A stretch of 60,261 nucleotides of DNA from Vulcanimicrobiota bacterium (GCA_003135555.1 PLCF01000025.1:45312-105572), one strand, 5' to 3'. Counted from the stretch's first letter, positions 29,988-39,654 are shown. Numbers and translations are program-made. The notes: a model not told the origin generated them from the sequence alone.

Positions 29988-30009
29988 GCGTTCACCATTT
30001 GCACAACGC
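29988..30009. promoter_or_regulatory. Candidate PucR/CdaR-type operator
   Basis: Imperfect palindrome GCGTTCACCATTTGCACAACGC upstream of the regulator. Confidence 0.35.
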
Positions 30010-30249
30010 GAAGCTCGCAGCGTATCCCATCCGTCCCGCGAGGAGCCTGTCCATGCGCGTTCTGCTGCCGATCGCAGGCACCCCTGGCAGGCTGTAAAGG
30101 GAAGCTATCTAGGCGTAGCCGCAAGCGACCGATTGGCAAGCCTTCGTAAAAAAGCGCTCCGGCCGGGCACCGATGTGGAATGCTGTCCGCTGGGACCTCA
30201 ACGGAACGAGGCTCGGGAGAGGCAGCCATGGACCGGCGCGTGCGCGAGC

Positions 30250-32580
30250 ATGATTGAGACGATCCCGCCGCAGCGCGTCATGCGGCGGGCCGTTCCGCTT
30301 GTCGCCGGCGCGGTTCTGCATCGCTTGACGGAGGCCGCGCGCAAGCCGTTGGCGGTCGTCATGGCCCCGGCCGGCTTCGGCAAGAGCACGCTGCTGCGGG
30401 CATTCGCCGCGACGCGCCGCTCCGCCGTGAGCATCGATGTCGCCGCGGGCGCAACCTTCCGTGACGTCGTGCGGGACCTGTGCGACGCGCTGGGCCCGCT
30501 CGCGCCTGGGGCGCGACTGGCCTTTGCCAGCGCGTACGGCCGCGCCGCGGAGCGCGGACAACGGGCCGAGCCGCTGGCGCGCTGGCTCGCCTCGTACCTC
30601 GAGCGGCGCGACCTGACGCTGATCGCCGACGGCGTCGAAAGCTTAGGCGACGAGCTGGCCTTGTGGGCCGACTTCGTAGAGGCGCTCGTCACGCACGCCC
30701 GTGACGTCAACGTCGTCCTGGGCGCCCGCGAAGACGCCGATCTCCCCGTCCCGCGGTGGTTCGCCCGTGACCTCATGGCGATGCCGATCGCCCGGCCCGA
30801 GCTGCGCTGGACGGTCGACGAAGCGCGCGCGCTGGCCGCACAGCTCGGCACGCTACCCACCGGCCGGGCGTTGCAGGGCGTCGTGGAAGCCTCGGGCGGG
30901 CGGGCGTTCGACATCGTCTACTGGCTGCGCACCGGAGCGATGCCGGCCGCGGGCGCGGACCCGTCGCAGACCTTGCTCGGAGCGCTGAGCACCGACGAGC
31001 GCGGATACGTGATGCGAACCTGCCTGCTGCACCGCATCGACGACGCGGTGCTCGCGGCCGCGGAGCTGCCCGCGCACCTGATGCTCGATCCCAACTCCCG
31101 GCTCGGGCCGCTCATCGTGCACAAGGCGCCCGACGGGTTCCGCTACGACGACAAATTGCGCGCGCGCGCCGAGCACGCGCTGCGCGAGGACGTCGCGGCG
31201 TTCGACGCGATCGCGCGCCGGTCGGTGCGCGCACTCGAGGCCGTCGACCGCATTCGCGAAGCGCTCGACGTCGCGCGCTCCGTGCCCCTGCCCGACGAGC
31301 TGCGGCGGCTGTTGCATCTCCACGGCCCCAGCCTGGAGGATCGCGGCGACGTCGACGCCGTCGAGAACGCGCTCGAGCTGCTCGAAGACAGCGACGACGA
31401 CGACGCGGTCGTGCTGCTGCTGCGCGCGACGCGCGAGTCGCGCCTGGGGCGCAGCGATATCGCCGAAGCCTGGTTCGGCCACGCGCTGCGGCGCGCCGAA
31501 ACGCAGCGCGTCGCGGCGGAAGCCGCGTACCGGTTGGCGCGCGAGATGGTGCGCCGCGACCGGATCGACGCCATCGAGCTGCTCGAACCGTACGCTGCGG
31601 ACACCGAGCTCGCGCCCGAGCAGCGCGCGGCGATCCTTTCGGTGCTCGCCGAGGCCTATCTGGTCGCGCGCCGGCTCGACGATGCGCGCACGGCGCTGCG
31701 AGGCGCGCTCACGCTCGCGCAGCAGCTCGATCTGAGCTCGCGCGCGCACGTCTACACGCGCGCATCGTACGTGGAGCTGTACGGCGGCGATCGCGAGCGC
31801 GCGCGCGACTACGCGACCATCGGGGCGCAGCTGGCCGAGGAAGCCAACCTGTACGTGGTCGCCTTCGGCGCCTACAGCGTGCTCTACAACGTCGCATACG
31901 ACGACGCCGGGCCGTCCGAGAGCTTGATCTACTTGGACCGGCTGGGCGACTGCGCGATCCGGTCGGGCAACCTCGATTTCCATCTGTACGCGGTCGCCGC
32001 GGCCTACGAGCTGCACGTCGAACGCGGCGATCTCGGCGCGATCGAGCGGCTCGAGCGCGACCTGCGCGAGTTCGACGTACAGTACGCGGCGTCGGCGACG
32101 CTGCAGGGTCTGCTGCCGTCACGCGCGATGGTCACCGCCTGGTCGGGGGAGTTCGCGTCGGCGTACGAGGTGCTCGTCGCCAGCGGCAACCAGCAGGCCG
32201 ACCCCGAGCGCGAGGCGCTGCGCTGGAGCGAGATCGCGCTCTACGCCGCTGCCGCCGGCCTGCTCGACGAGGCGGTGGGCGCATTGGCGCGCTGCTCCGA
32301 AGCGTCGTCGCGCGCCGATGCGCGCTCGCAGCACACCGTCCGCGCCACGATCCTGGCGCGCCTCGCGGCGACCCTCGCCGGCGACCGCGACCAGCTGCCG
32401 TGCACCGACGCGCCGGCGAACCCGCGGCTGGGCGCCTTGGTCCGGGCGGTGAACGCCGTCGCCGCGTTGCGGCACGGAGCCGAGGGCGGCGAAGCGTTGC
32501 TCGACGCGCTCGAAGACCTCAGCGATCACGAGTTCGCCGGGATGGCGAAGCTGCTGGCCGCATTGCCGGGGCCTGAATGA
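30250..32580 (+). CDS. MalT-like P-loop ATPase/TPR protein lacking a C-terminal LuxR HTH
   Basis: APAGFGKSTLL Walker A, LTLIADGVE Walker B-like, ELRWTVDEA, TPR-like helices. Confidence 0.8.
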   Translation: MIETIPPQRVMRRAVPLVAGAVLHRLTEAARKPLAVVMAPAGFGKSTLLRAFAATRRSAVSIDVAAGATFRDVVRDLCDALGPLAPGARLAFASAYGRAAERGQRAEPLARWLASYLERRDLTLIADGVESLGDELALWADFVEALVTHARDVNVVLGAREDADLPVPRWFARDLMAMPIARPELRWTVDEARALAAQLGTLPTGRALQGVVEASGGRAFDIVYWLRTGAMPAAGADPSQTLLGALSTDERGYVMRTCLLHRIDDAVLAAAELPAHLMLDPNSRLGPLIVHKAPDGFRYDDKLRARAEHALREDVAAFDAIARRSVRALEAVDRIREALDVARSVPLPDELRRLLHLHGPSLEDRGDVDAVENALELLEDSDDDDAVVLLLRATRESRLGRSDIAEAWFGHALRRAETQRVAAEAAYRLAREMVRRDRIDAIELLEPYAADTELAPEQRAAILSVLAEAYLVARRLDDARTALRGALTLAQQLDLSSRAHVYTRASYVELYGGDRERARDYATIGAQLAEEANLYVVAFGAYSVLYNVAYDDAGPSESLIYLDRLGDCAIRSGNLDFHLYAVAAAYELHVERGDLGAIERLERDLREFDVQYAASATLQGLLPSRAMVTAWSGEFASAYEVLVASGNQQADPEREALRWSEIALYAAAAGLLDEAVGALARCSEASSRADARSQHTVRATILARLAATLAGDRDQLPCTDAPANPRLGALVRAVNAVAALRHGAEGGEALLDALEDLSDHEFAGMAKLLAALPGPE

Positions 32581-33509
32581 GCGTCGCCGCTTTGGCCGCC
32601 GGAATCGCCGGCCGCGAACGCGAGGCCAGCGCCGCGTTGCGCCGCCGCTTCGCGCGCGAGCACGCACCGCTGGCGGTCGGGGCGGTGGTCGATGCTTTCG
32701 TCCGCCGTGCCGCGGGTTGCGGAACCGAGGAAGGCTACGACGAGCTGCAGGCCTGGCTGCGCGCGGTCTGTTCGGCATACGGCGACGTGCCGGGACTGCG
32801 CGGCATCCTGCTCGAGCTGCCGGCGGCGTTGGCCGGGACGATGCCCGAGAGCGGACCGGCGGCCGCCGAGACCGATGCGCTCGCCGCCGCGGTGGCGACG
32901 ACCGTGGCCCGGTGCTGGCGCCCGTTGCGGCGCGAGCAGCACGAGCCGCTCGACGAGATCGACAGCCGCATCGACGCGCTGGTGGTGCGCCTCGAGACGA
33001 AGGATCTGCTGACCTCCGAACACTCGCGGGCCGTCGCGGCCTGGTGCACGCGCCTGGCCCGGCGGCTCGGGCTCGCCGCCGCCGAGGTTACCTTCGCGGC
33101 GCGTTGCGGGCTGCTGCACGACATCGGCAAGGTCGTCACGCCCTCCGAGGTGCTCAACGCACCGCGGGCGCTCGACGAGCGCGAGTGGGTGATGATGCGG
33201 GCCCATGCGGCCGCGGGCGAGGGGATCGTCCGCGGCATCGGGGAGCTGCGCGTCTTCGCGCCGGCCGTGCGCAGCCATCACGAGCGGCTCGACGGACGCG
33301 GCTACCCCGACGGGCTCCCGGCCTCGGCGATCCCGCTCATGGCCCGGATCGTCGCCGTCGCGGACTGCTTCAACGCCATGATCGGCCGGCGGCCCTACCG
33401 CTTGCCGATGGCGCCGCCGCGGGCGCTCGAGGAGCTCACCAAGAACCGCGGGACGCAGTTCGACCCCGAAATCGTCGACGCAATGGTCGATGTTGTGTTA
33501 GGACTTTAG
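32577..33509 (+). CDS. HD-GYP domain phosphodiesterase
   Basis: HSRAVA, LLHDIGK, HHERLDGRGYPDGL, VAVADCFNAM; ATGA overlap. Confidence 0.93.
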   Translation: MSVAALAAGIAGREREASAALRRRFAREHAPLAVGAVVDAFVRRAAGCGTEEGYDELQAWLRAVCSAYGDVPGLRGILLELPAALAGTMPESGPAAAETDALAAAVATTVARCWRPLRREQHEPLDEIDSRIDALVVRLETKDLLTSEHSRAVAAWCTRLARRLGLAAAEVTFAARCGLLHDIGKVVTPSEVLNAPRALDEREWVMMRAHAAAGEGIVRGIGELRVFAPAVRSHHERLDGRGYPDGLPASAIPLMARIVAVADCFNAMIGRRPYRLPMAPPRALEELTKNRGTQFDPEIVDAMVDVVLGL

Positions 33510-33533
33510 ACCTCCCCAAAAATGGGGTATACT
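33506..33533 (+). promoter_or_regulatory. Sigma-70-like promoter with palindrome in spacer
   Basis: TTAGAC-N16-TATACT; spacer contains CCCCA-AAAA-TGGGG. Confidence 0.4.
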
Positions 33534-33615
33534 CAAGTCCAGCCGTAGGAGTTAGGCAGCGTCAAAGGCCGGGCCGGGGCCGCCGCGACGCACCACCATG
33601 GATGGAGGGGACGAC

Positions 33616-34827
33616 TTGAAACAGGCAAACGGCCTGATGGCTTTCGCCGCGGCGGCGCTGCTCACGGCGTGCGCGCAGGGCACGGGATCGGTGCTCCCCT
33701 CGATGGGTTCCGACCGCACTCCGAGCACCCTCAAGGCCGTCCCGATCCCGGCGACGACCCCGACGCCCTCGCCCGGTTTGCTAGGCGGCGTCCTCAATCT
33801 CGTGGGCGGCCTGGCCTGCGGCGTCACGTTGGGGGTCACGTGCCACATCCTGCCGGGCGCCGGCCCGCAAGGGCTCGCCGCGGGGACGCCGGCCGGCCAG
33901 CTGCCCGGCTTCCACCCCAACGATCTGCGCGACGCCTACAACCTGCCGTCGACGGGTGCCGGCGCGGGGCAAACGATCGGGATCGTCGTCGCTTTCGACA
34001 ACCCGGACATCGAGGCCGACCTCAGCGTCTACCGCGCGAAATTCGGGTTGCCGCCGTGCACAACGGCCAACGGGTGCTTCAAGAAGCTCGGTCCCGGGCT
34101 GCTCGGCGCGGTCGTAGCGGGCAACGAAGGCTGGGGGCAGGAGAGCTCGCTCGACGTCGACGTGGCGTCGGCGGTGTGCCCGAACTGCAAGATCATCGTC
34201 TCCGAAGCGCCCTCCGACTCACCGGCGGCGCTGCTGGCCGCGGCGCGCGTCGCGGTGGCCTACGGCGCGACCGTGGTGAGCAATAGCTATAGCCTTGCCG
34301 AGTACCCGGCCGAGGCTGTCGACGACGCGGCGTATGCGATCGGCGTCCCGTTCGTGGTCGGCGCCGGCGACTCGGGCGCCGGGGCGCAATGGCCGGCGGC
34401 CTCGTCGCACGCGATCGCGGTCGGTGGAACCTCGCTGGCTCGCGATACCAGCGCGCGCGGCTGGAGCGAGAAGCTGTGGTCCCTGTCGGGCGGCGGCTGC
34501 AGCAAGCACATCGCCAAGCCCGCCTGGCAGCCCAGCGACGGGTGCGCGGGTCGCAGCGCCAACGACGTGGCCGCATTCGCCGATCCCAATCCGGGCGTCT
34601 CGGTGTACGACAGCTACTTGTCGCACGGCGCCGGCTGGCGTACCTACGGCGGCACCAGCGTCGCCGCTCCCATCGTCGCCGGCGCGATCGCGCTGGCCGG
34701 CAACGGCACGACCGATCTGCTCGACGCCGGCTACATTTACGGCCACGCGAGCGCGCTGCATGCGATCGGCGGCGGGTACAACGCCGTCGCCGGCAACGGT
34801 TCGCCCGACGGCGTGGGCGCCTTCTAG
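33616..34827 (+). CDS. S53 (sedolisin-like) serine peptidase, lipoprotein
   Basis: TTG start after GGAGGGG; lipobox LLTAC; ESSLD, AGDSG, GGTSVAAP catalytic motifs. Confidence 0.88.
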   Translation: MKQANGLMAFAAAALLTACAQGTGSVLPSMGSDRTPSTLKAVPIPATTPTPSPGLLGGVLNLVGGLACGVTLGVTCHILPGAGPQGLAAGTPAGQLPGFHPNDLRDAYNLPSTGAGAGQTIGIVVAFDNPDIEADLSVYRAKFGLPPCTTANGCFKKLGPGLLGAVVAGNEGWGQESSLDVDVASAVCPNCKIIVSEAPSDSPAALLAAARVAVAYGATVVSNSYSLAEYPAEAVDDAAYAIGVPFVVGAGDSGAGAQWPAASSHAIAVGGTSLARDTSARGWSEKLWSLSGGGCSKHIAKPAWQPSDGCAGRSANDVAAFADPNPGVSVYDSYLSHGAGWRTYGGTSVAAPIVAGAIALAGNGTTDLLDAGYIYGHASALHAIGGGYNAVAGNGSPDGVGAF

Positions 34828-34863
34828 TGGCACACTAGCGCCGCGCCGGCTTTGCGGGCGGCC

Positions 34864-36129
34864 TCATCCGCCGCCCGTGATTTGGCGCAGCGCGTAGTAT
34901 GCGGCCAACGAGCCGATGGCGATCGCGGTCGCGACGGCGACGGCGTTGAGCCACGCCGAGTTGACGTGTTTGCCCATGACCTTGCGCCGGTTGATGACGA
35001 CGAGCATGAGAACCAGCTCGAACGGCAACAGGACGCCTTGGAGTACCTGCGCGTACACGATGAGCTTGAGCAGCGAATCGTACGGGACCACGACGACGAG
35101 CAGCGCGCCGAGCAGAATCGCGCCGCCGAAGAGTGAGTAGAAAACGGGTGCTTCGCGGAAGCGCCGGTCCAGCGACGCTTCCAGGCCGAAGGCTTCGCAC
35201 ACGATGTACGCAGTGGCCAGCGGAAGAACGGCGGCGGTGAAGACGCCCGCGTTGAGGATCCCCAGCGCGTAAATCGACTCGGCAAACGAGCCCGCGAGCG
35301 GCCCCAGCGCGCGCGCAAAATCGGCGGCCTGCGCGGTGGCCAGGTCGAGCGGCGGTTTCCCGGCGTGCAGCGCCGCGCGATGGATCGTCGCGGCGTTCGC
35401 GATGATCATGAAGCCGGCCAGCACGATCGCGAGGATCGATCCAACGATGATGTCCACGCGAATCGCGGGGAGGTCGCGCGCCCGCGAGCCCTTGTCGACA
35501 ACCTGCGACTGTAGGTAGAACTGCATGTAGGGCGAGATCGTGGTGCCGATCAATCCGACCACGGTGAGCAGAAACGCTTGGGTCGGAACGATCGTCGGAA
35601 CGAAGGTGTCGTGCGCCACCTGTCCCCAGTCCGGGTGCGCCAGGTAACCGGAGCCGATGTAGCACAGATACATCAACGAGAGCACCACGAATACGCGCTC
35701 GACGATCTTGTTGGGCAGGCGCAGCACGAGCAGTGTCACGACGAGCACGGCGACGGGGATCGCGATGAAGCGCGAGACGCGAAAGATCTCGGCCGACTGC
35801 GCGATCCCGGCGAACTCGGTCGCGGTGATGGCGGTGTTCACCAAGAACAGGCCGAGCATCGTCACGAAGGTGACGCGCAAGCCGAAGTTCTCGCGGATCA
35901 GACCGGACAGGCCTTGGCCCGTGACGGCGCCCATGCGGCCCGCCATCTCCTGAACCACGATCAGCGAGACGGTCAGCGCCAGCAGCGTCCACAGGGTGGC
36001 GTAGCCGAACTGCGCGCCCGCCAGCGAATAGGTTTGAATCCCGCCGACGTCGTTGCCGGCGGACGCCGTGACGAAGCCCGGCCCGAGCACGGCGAACAGG
36101 GCGAGAATCGTTCGCCAGGAGCGGCGCAC
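34864..36129 (-). CDS. NRAMP-related divalent cation (probably Mg2+) transporter
   Basis: GPGFVTASAGNDVGG, VQEMAGRMGAVTGQG, GTTISPY. Confidence 0.9.
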   Translation of the reverse strand: MRRSWRTILALFAVLGPGFVTASAGNDVGGIQTYSLAGAQFGYATLWTLLALTVSLIVVQEMAGRMGAVTGQGLSGLIRENFGLRVTFVTMLGLFLVNTAITATEFAGIAQSAEIFRVSRFIAIPVAVLVVTLLVLRLPNKIVERVFVVLSLMYLCYIGSGYLAHPDWGQVAHDTFVPTIVPTQAFLLTVVGLIGTTISPYMQFYLQSQVVDKGSRARDLPAIRVDIIVGSILAIVLAGFMIIANAATIHRAALHAGKPPLDLATAQAADFARALGPLAGSFAESIYALGILNAGVFTAAVLPLATAYIVCEAFGLEASLDRRFREAPVFYSLFGGAILLGALLVVVVPYDSLLKLIVYAQVLQGVLLPFELVLMLVVINRRKVMGKHVNSAWLNAVAVATAIAIGSLAAYYALRQITGGG

Positions 36130-36141
36130 CGCCGGACTCGC

Positions 36142-37446
36142 CTACGTCGCCGCTGCGGCGCGGCGTTGCTGCGCGCGCTTGGTGAAACGCGGCAGTTGCT
36201 TCTTGAGCCGCTCGGGGATGATCGCGTCGATCGCATCGTCGACGGTGACGAGCCCGAGCATCTTGCCGCCCTCATCGGTGACCGGACAGGCCAGGATGTC
36301 GTAGCGCGCGATGGTGCTGGCGACGTCTTCGGCCGAGGTGTCCGTACGGACCGAGATGATGTCGGTGTCCATGATGCTGTGGATCGTCGCGTCGGCGGCC
36401 GAGAGCAGCAGCGTGCGCAGCGAGAGCACGCCCATGAGCTTTTCGGACTGATCGACCACGTAGAGATAGTAGATGAACTCCGTCTCGGGCGCGATCTGCC
36501 GGATCTTGGCGATCGTCGCCGTCACGGTGCGGTGCGGGTAGATCCAGAAGTAGTCCGTCGTCATCAGACCGCCCGCGGTGTCCTCGTCGTACGCGACGAG
36601 CTCGCGCAGGTCGTCCGCCGTCTCCGCGTCCATCTCGCGCAGCAGCTCTTCCTGGCGTGCCTCCGGAAGGTCGCCGAGCAGGTCGGCGGCGTCGTCGGAG
36701 TCCATCTCTTCGATGATGTCGGCGGCGCGCTCGGTGCCGAGGTCCTCGATGATCGAGCGCTGCACGTCGGCGTCGAGATGCTCGAGCGCGTCGGCGGCGC
36801 GCTCGTCGTCGAACGAGCCCACCACCCGCGCCGCGTCTTGCGACGAGAGATCGCCGATGATGTCGGCCAACTCCGAGGGGTGCAGGCGCGACAGCCGGTG
36901 TTCGCTGACCGACAGGCGAATCTGGGTCGGGCTCAAGTCGTGCAGCGGGGCGACGTTGTCCCAGGCGATGAGCGAACGCGGGATTCGGTCGACGAGTCCG
37001 GGGACGATGCGGGCGACGCCGAGCCGGCGCAGCAGCCCGCCCACGCCGATGTCGGCGGCGACGACGCGCAACGCGCCGGCGGTGCGCGCGACCTCGATGT
37101 CGTTGATGCGCACGACCTTGCGGCCGTCGACGTCGACGATCTGCTTGTCGAAGAGGTCTTCGACGAGGTAGAGCGCCTCGTCGTCGGGCGGCCGCACGAT
37201 GCGCGGCGGGGTGAGCAGGACCAGCGCATCGGTGTCGAGCGATGCGACCTCGCCGATCGGCGCGGCGAGCTCGCCATGGCGGGTCTTCACGATGATCGCG
37301 TCGATGCGCGGAAACGTGTCCTCGGGATGCTCGACGATGAAGTCGGCGATCTTGCCGACGGTCTCGCGCACGCCGTCGCGCTCGACGACCGCGGGGCGCC
37401 CGATCAGCTCCGAGACGAAGCCCTCGTGGAAGGCGGTCGCTGCCAT
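36142..37446 (-). CDS. MgtE cytosolic-domain protein (PRC-like + MgtE_N + CBS pair), no membrane domain
   Basis: LHPSELADII, MDSDDAADLL, YDEDTAGGLMTT, GLVTVDDAID; ends after CBS pair. Confidence 0.9.
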   Translation of the reverse strand: MAATAFHEGFVSELIGRPAVVERDGVRETVGKIADFIVEHPEDTFPRIDAIIVKTRHGELAAPIGEVASLDTDALVLLTPPRIVRPPDDEALYLVEDLFDKQIVDVDGRKVVRINDIEVARTAGALRVVAADIGVGGLLRRLGVARIVPGLVDRIPRSLIAWDNVAPLHDLSPTQIRLSVSEHRLSRLHPSELADIIGDLSSQDAARVVGSFDDERAADALEHLDADVQRSIIEDLGTERAADIIEEMDSDDAADLLGDLPEARQEELLREMDAETADDLRELVAYDEDTAGGLMTTDYFWIYPHRTVTATIAKIRQIAPETEFIYYLYVVDQSEKLMGVLSLRTLLLSAADATIHSIMDTDIISVRTDTSAEDVASTIARYDILACPVTDEGGKMLGLVTVDDAIDAIIPERLKKQLPRFTKRAQQRRAAAAT

Positions 37447-37549
37447 CGTGATTTCACCCCCTCTCCAACAAAAATGCCGGTACGGGTATCCCCGTCCGGC
37501 CGCTTGGCGCGAATGGTGTCCTCGGGCGCGCGAGCGCCGAAGTCCACGT

Positions 37550-37715
37550 CCTCAACGTCGAGCTTCAGCACCACACGCCATCGAATCGGAAGCGCTCTTC
37601 CGATCCAGCCACATTAAGCGCCGCCTTGATTCGGCGGAGCCTGGTCACCACGTCGGGGTCTCTCGACCTTTCCGGGCAGCGGCGTATCTGCGCGTGGACG
37701 CCTCACCTAACGAGG
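37550..37715 (-). ncRNA. M-box (ykoK) Mg2+ riboswitch
   Basis: Minus strand CTCGTTAGGTGAGGC..AGATACGCCGCTGCCCGGAAA..AAGG..TTAATGTGGCTGGAT..GTGCTGAAGCTCGACG matches ykoK leader landmarks; upstream of Mg transport genes. Confidence 0.92.
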
Positions 37716-37785
37716 AATCCACTCTCAAGTGTACGCCCGGGCGTCAAGCGCGGGAACGGCGCCGGGCGAACGTGAAGCTGCCCCC

Positions 37786-38274
37786 ATGTCGCTCCGAGTC
37801 GCCGCGAGCCTCGCCGCCGCGGCGTTGCTGTGTTCGTGCTCGGCCCCCAAGACCGGCGCCGGCGGCGGCACTTCTGCAGCGAGCGCGGCACCGGCCGCCG
37901 GCGCGACGGCCGCGGCGCGAGCCCCGGCAGGACCGGCCAACGCGCTGGTCTCGGCACTCGGCCGCGCGGACTCCGTCCCGCTCGATTCCGCTCAACGCCA
38001 CGAGCTCGACGCGGCGGTGGCGAAGGCCCCGGCGGCGCTGCGGCCGCGCTTGCGCTATGCGCTTGCGACCGCCGACGACGGCCGCCGGCATTTGGTGGTC
38101 TACGACGGCGAGGGCCTGCGCGCCGACGGGCGGCGCCCCGGGAAAACCAACGCCTACATCGTCTTCCGCATCCTCAACTCCGTCACCGGCGAGCACTACG
38201 ATCCGCAGCAAAACGCGATCGTCGCGCGCATGCCGCCGCCGCCGCAGCGCGACACCGCCCCCGGCGGCCCCTAG
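37786..38274 (+). CDS. Hypothetical lipoprotein
   Basis: MSLRVAASLAAAALLCSC lipobox-like signal, Ala/Pro linker. Confidence 0.65.
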   Translation: MSLRVAASLAAAALLCSCSAPKTGAGGGTSAASAAPAAGATAAARAPAGPANALVSALGRADSVPLDSAQRHELDAAVAKAPAALRPRLRYALATADDGRRHLVVYDGEGLRADGRRPGKTNAYIVFRILNSVTGEHYDPQQNAIVARMPPPPQRDTAPGGP

Positions 38275-38290
38275 GCAGGCTGCGCTTCCG

Positions 38291-39550
38291 TCAGCGGTGG
38301 ACGAGCGCGTCTGAGACGAGGGTCGCGAAGACTCGCGCGAGGTGTTCGGAGTCGGCGACGAGCCGCTGCTGGAACTGGTTTTGAATGCGGTCGCGGGTGA
38401 ACGCGGTGACCTCGGCGCCGACGTTGAGGTCGCGGATCGCGCTCTCGGAGGCCTGCGTTTGGGCGCTCGCGTTGGAACCGTTGGTCGCCGCTTCCTGTAA
38501 CGCGACGGTTTGCGCCCCGACCTGCGCGCGCACCCCGCCCAACGAGCTGATCGCGTAGTCGACGCGGTACTCCGCGGCCTGGTTTTGCAGATCGGTGCCG
38601 AGGATGACTTGGTTCACGCCGAGGTTCACCGAGCTCAGCCCCGGGATGTCGATCCCGATGACCGCGCCTTCGGCGTCGCCGGTGTTGACGTACAAGGTGC
38701 CGCCGGCAGCCTTTTGCTGCGCCGGCAGCGACACGAGCAATGACGTCTTGCCGACGTCGGCCGCGCTGATCGTCCCGATGTTGAAACCGAGCACCTGGGG
38801 CCCGCCGCCGCCTTGCGATTGCTGCACGAACGTGGGGTTCCCGGGCGTCGGAGGTGAGAAGCCGACGGGCGTGTTGGAGCCGGGAGGGACCTGCAGCGAG
38901 ACCGTCTGGTCGGCGCCGAAGCCGGCTTGATCCTGGCTGCCGATCGTCACCGTGATGTTGAGGTTGCCGGTGACGGGATCGACGGAATCGATCGTGATCA
39001 GCTGCGCCATCTGCGGGGCGTCGAATGCCACGTACGGGCTGTTCGGATCGACGCTCGTGTCGAGCACCGTGCCGCCGCCGGTCAGCCCGTCGTTCACCGA
39101 TAGCAGCGCGCGTGTCGGAAGAACCGACTGGCTCGACGCGCTGCCGTCGAGCAGCTGGCGACCGTTGAACGACGTGTTCTGCGCGATGCGATCGATCTCG
39201 AGGCGCAGCTGATCCAACTCGGCCTGCAAGTTGTTGCGGTCCGCGACGCTCTGCAGGTCGCTGCGCGCCTCCACGACCAGCGTGCGCATGCGCTGCAAGA
39301 TATCGGTGACCGTGCTCATCGCGCCGTCGGCGACGGTGAGCGCATTGCTCGCGTTTTGCACCTCGTGGACACCCTGGTCGAGGCCCGCAACTTTGGAGGC
39401 CAGCGTCTCGGCGATCGCGAGCCCGCTGGGGTCGTCGGCGGCCGTGACGACACGCAAACCGGAAGCGAGACGTTGCGTCTCCTTCCGTAAAGAGTTCTGC
39501 GTGTTCAACCCCGCGCTGAGCGCGAGATCGCTGAGGCCTTGAACGTCCAT
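38291..39550 (-). CDS. Flagellin family protein (divergent)
   Basis: RLASGLRVVTAADDPSGLAIA, ILQRMRTL, NTSFNGRQLLDG, RAQVGA, ESAIRDLN. Confidence 0.92.
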   Translation of the reverse strand: MDVQGLSDLALSAGLNTQNSLRKETQRLASGLRVVTAADDPSGLAIAETLASKVAGLDQGVHEVQNASNALTVADGAMSTVTDILQRMRTLVVEARSDLQSVADRNNLQAELDQLRLEIDRIAQNTSFNGRQLLDGSASSQSVLPTRALLSVNDGLTGGGTVLDTSVDPNSPYVAFDAPQMAQLITIDSVDPVTGNLNITVTIGSQDQAGFGADQTVSLQVPPGSNTPVGFSPPTPGNPTFVQQSQGGGGPQVLGFNIGTISAADVGKTSLLVSLPAQQKAAGGTLYVNTGDAEGAVIGIDIPGLSSVNLGVNQVILGTDLQNQAAEYRVDYAISSLGGVRAQVGAQTVALQEAATNGSNASAQTQASESAIRDLNVGAEVTAFTRDRIQNQFQQRLVADSEHLARVFATLVSDALVHR

Positions 39551-39626
39551 GCTGGTGGTGCGGTCTTCCCTCCATGGAAGCTGCCCGTTCCCTAGGGCGT
39601 GGGGGACCGTGATCCCCCTACGCTCC

Positions 39627-39654
39627 CTATCGGCAGTCGGCGAGCGGGGGCTTA
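39627..39654 (-). promoter_or_regulatory. Sigma-28 (FliA/SigD) promoter of flagellin
   Basis: Minus strand TAAG-N16-GCCGATAG, near the TAAA-N15/16-GCCGATAA consensus. Confidence 0.8.

Noticed and set aside
30132..30150. Possible sigma-54 promoter (TTGGCAAG)
   Set aside because: No TTGC -12 element at the required spacing
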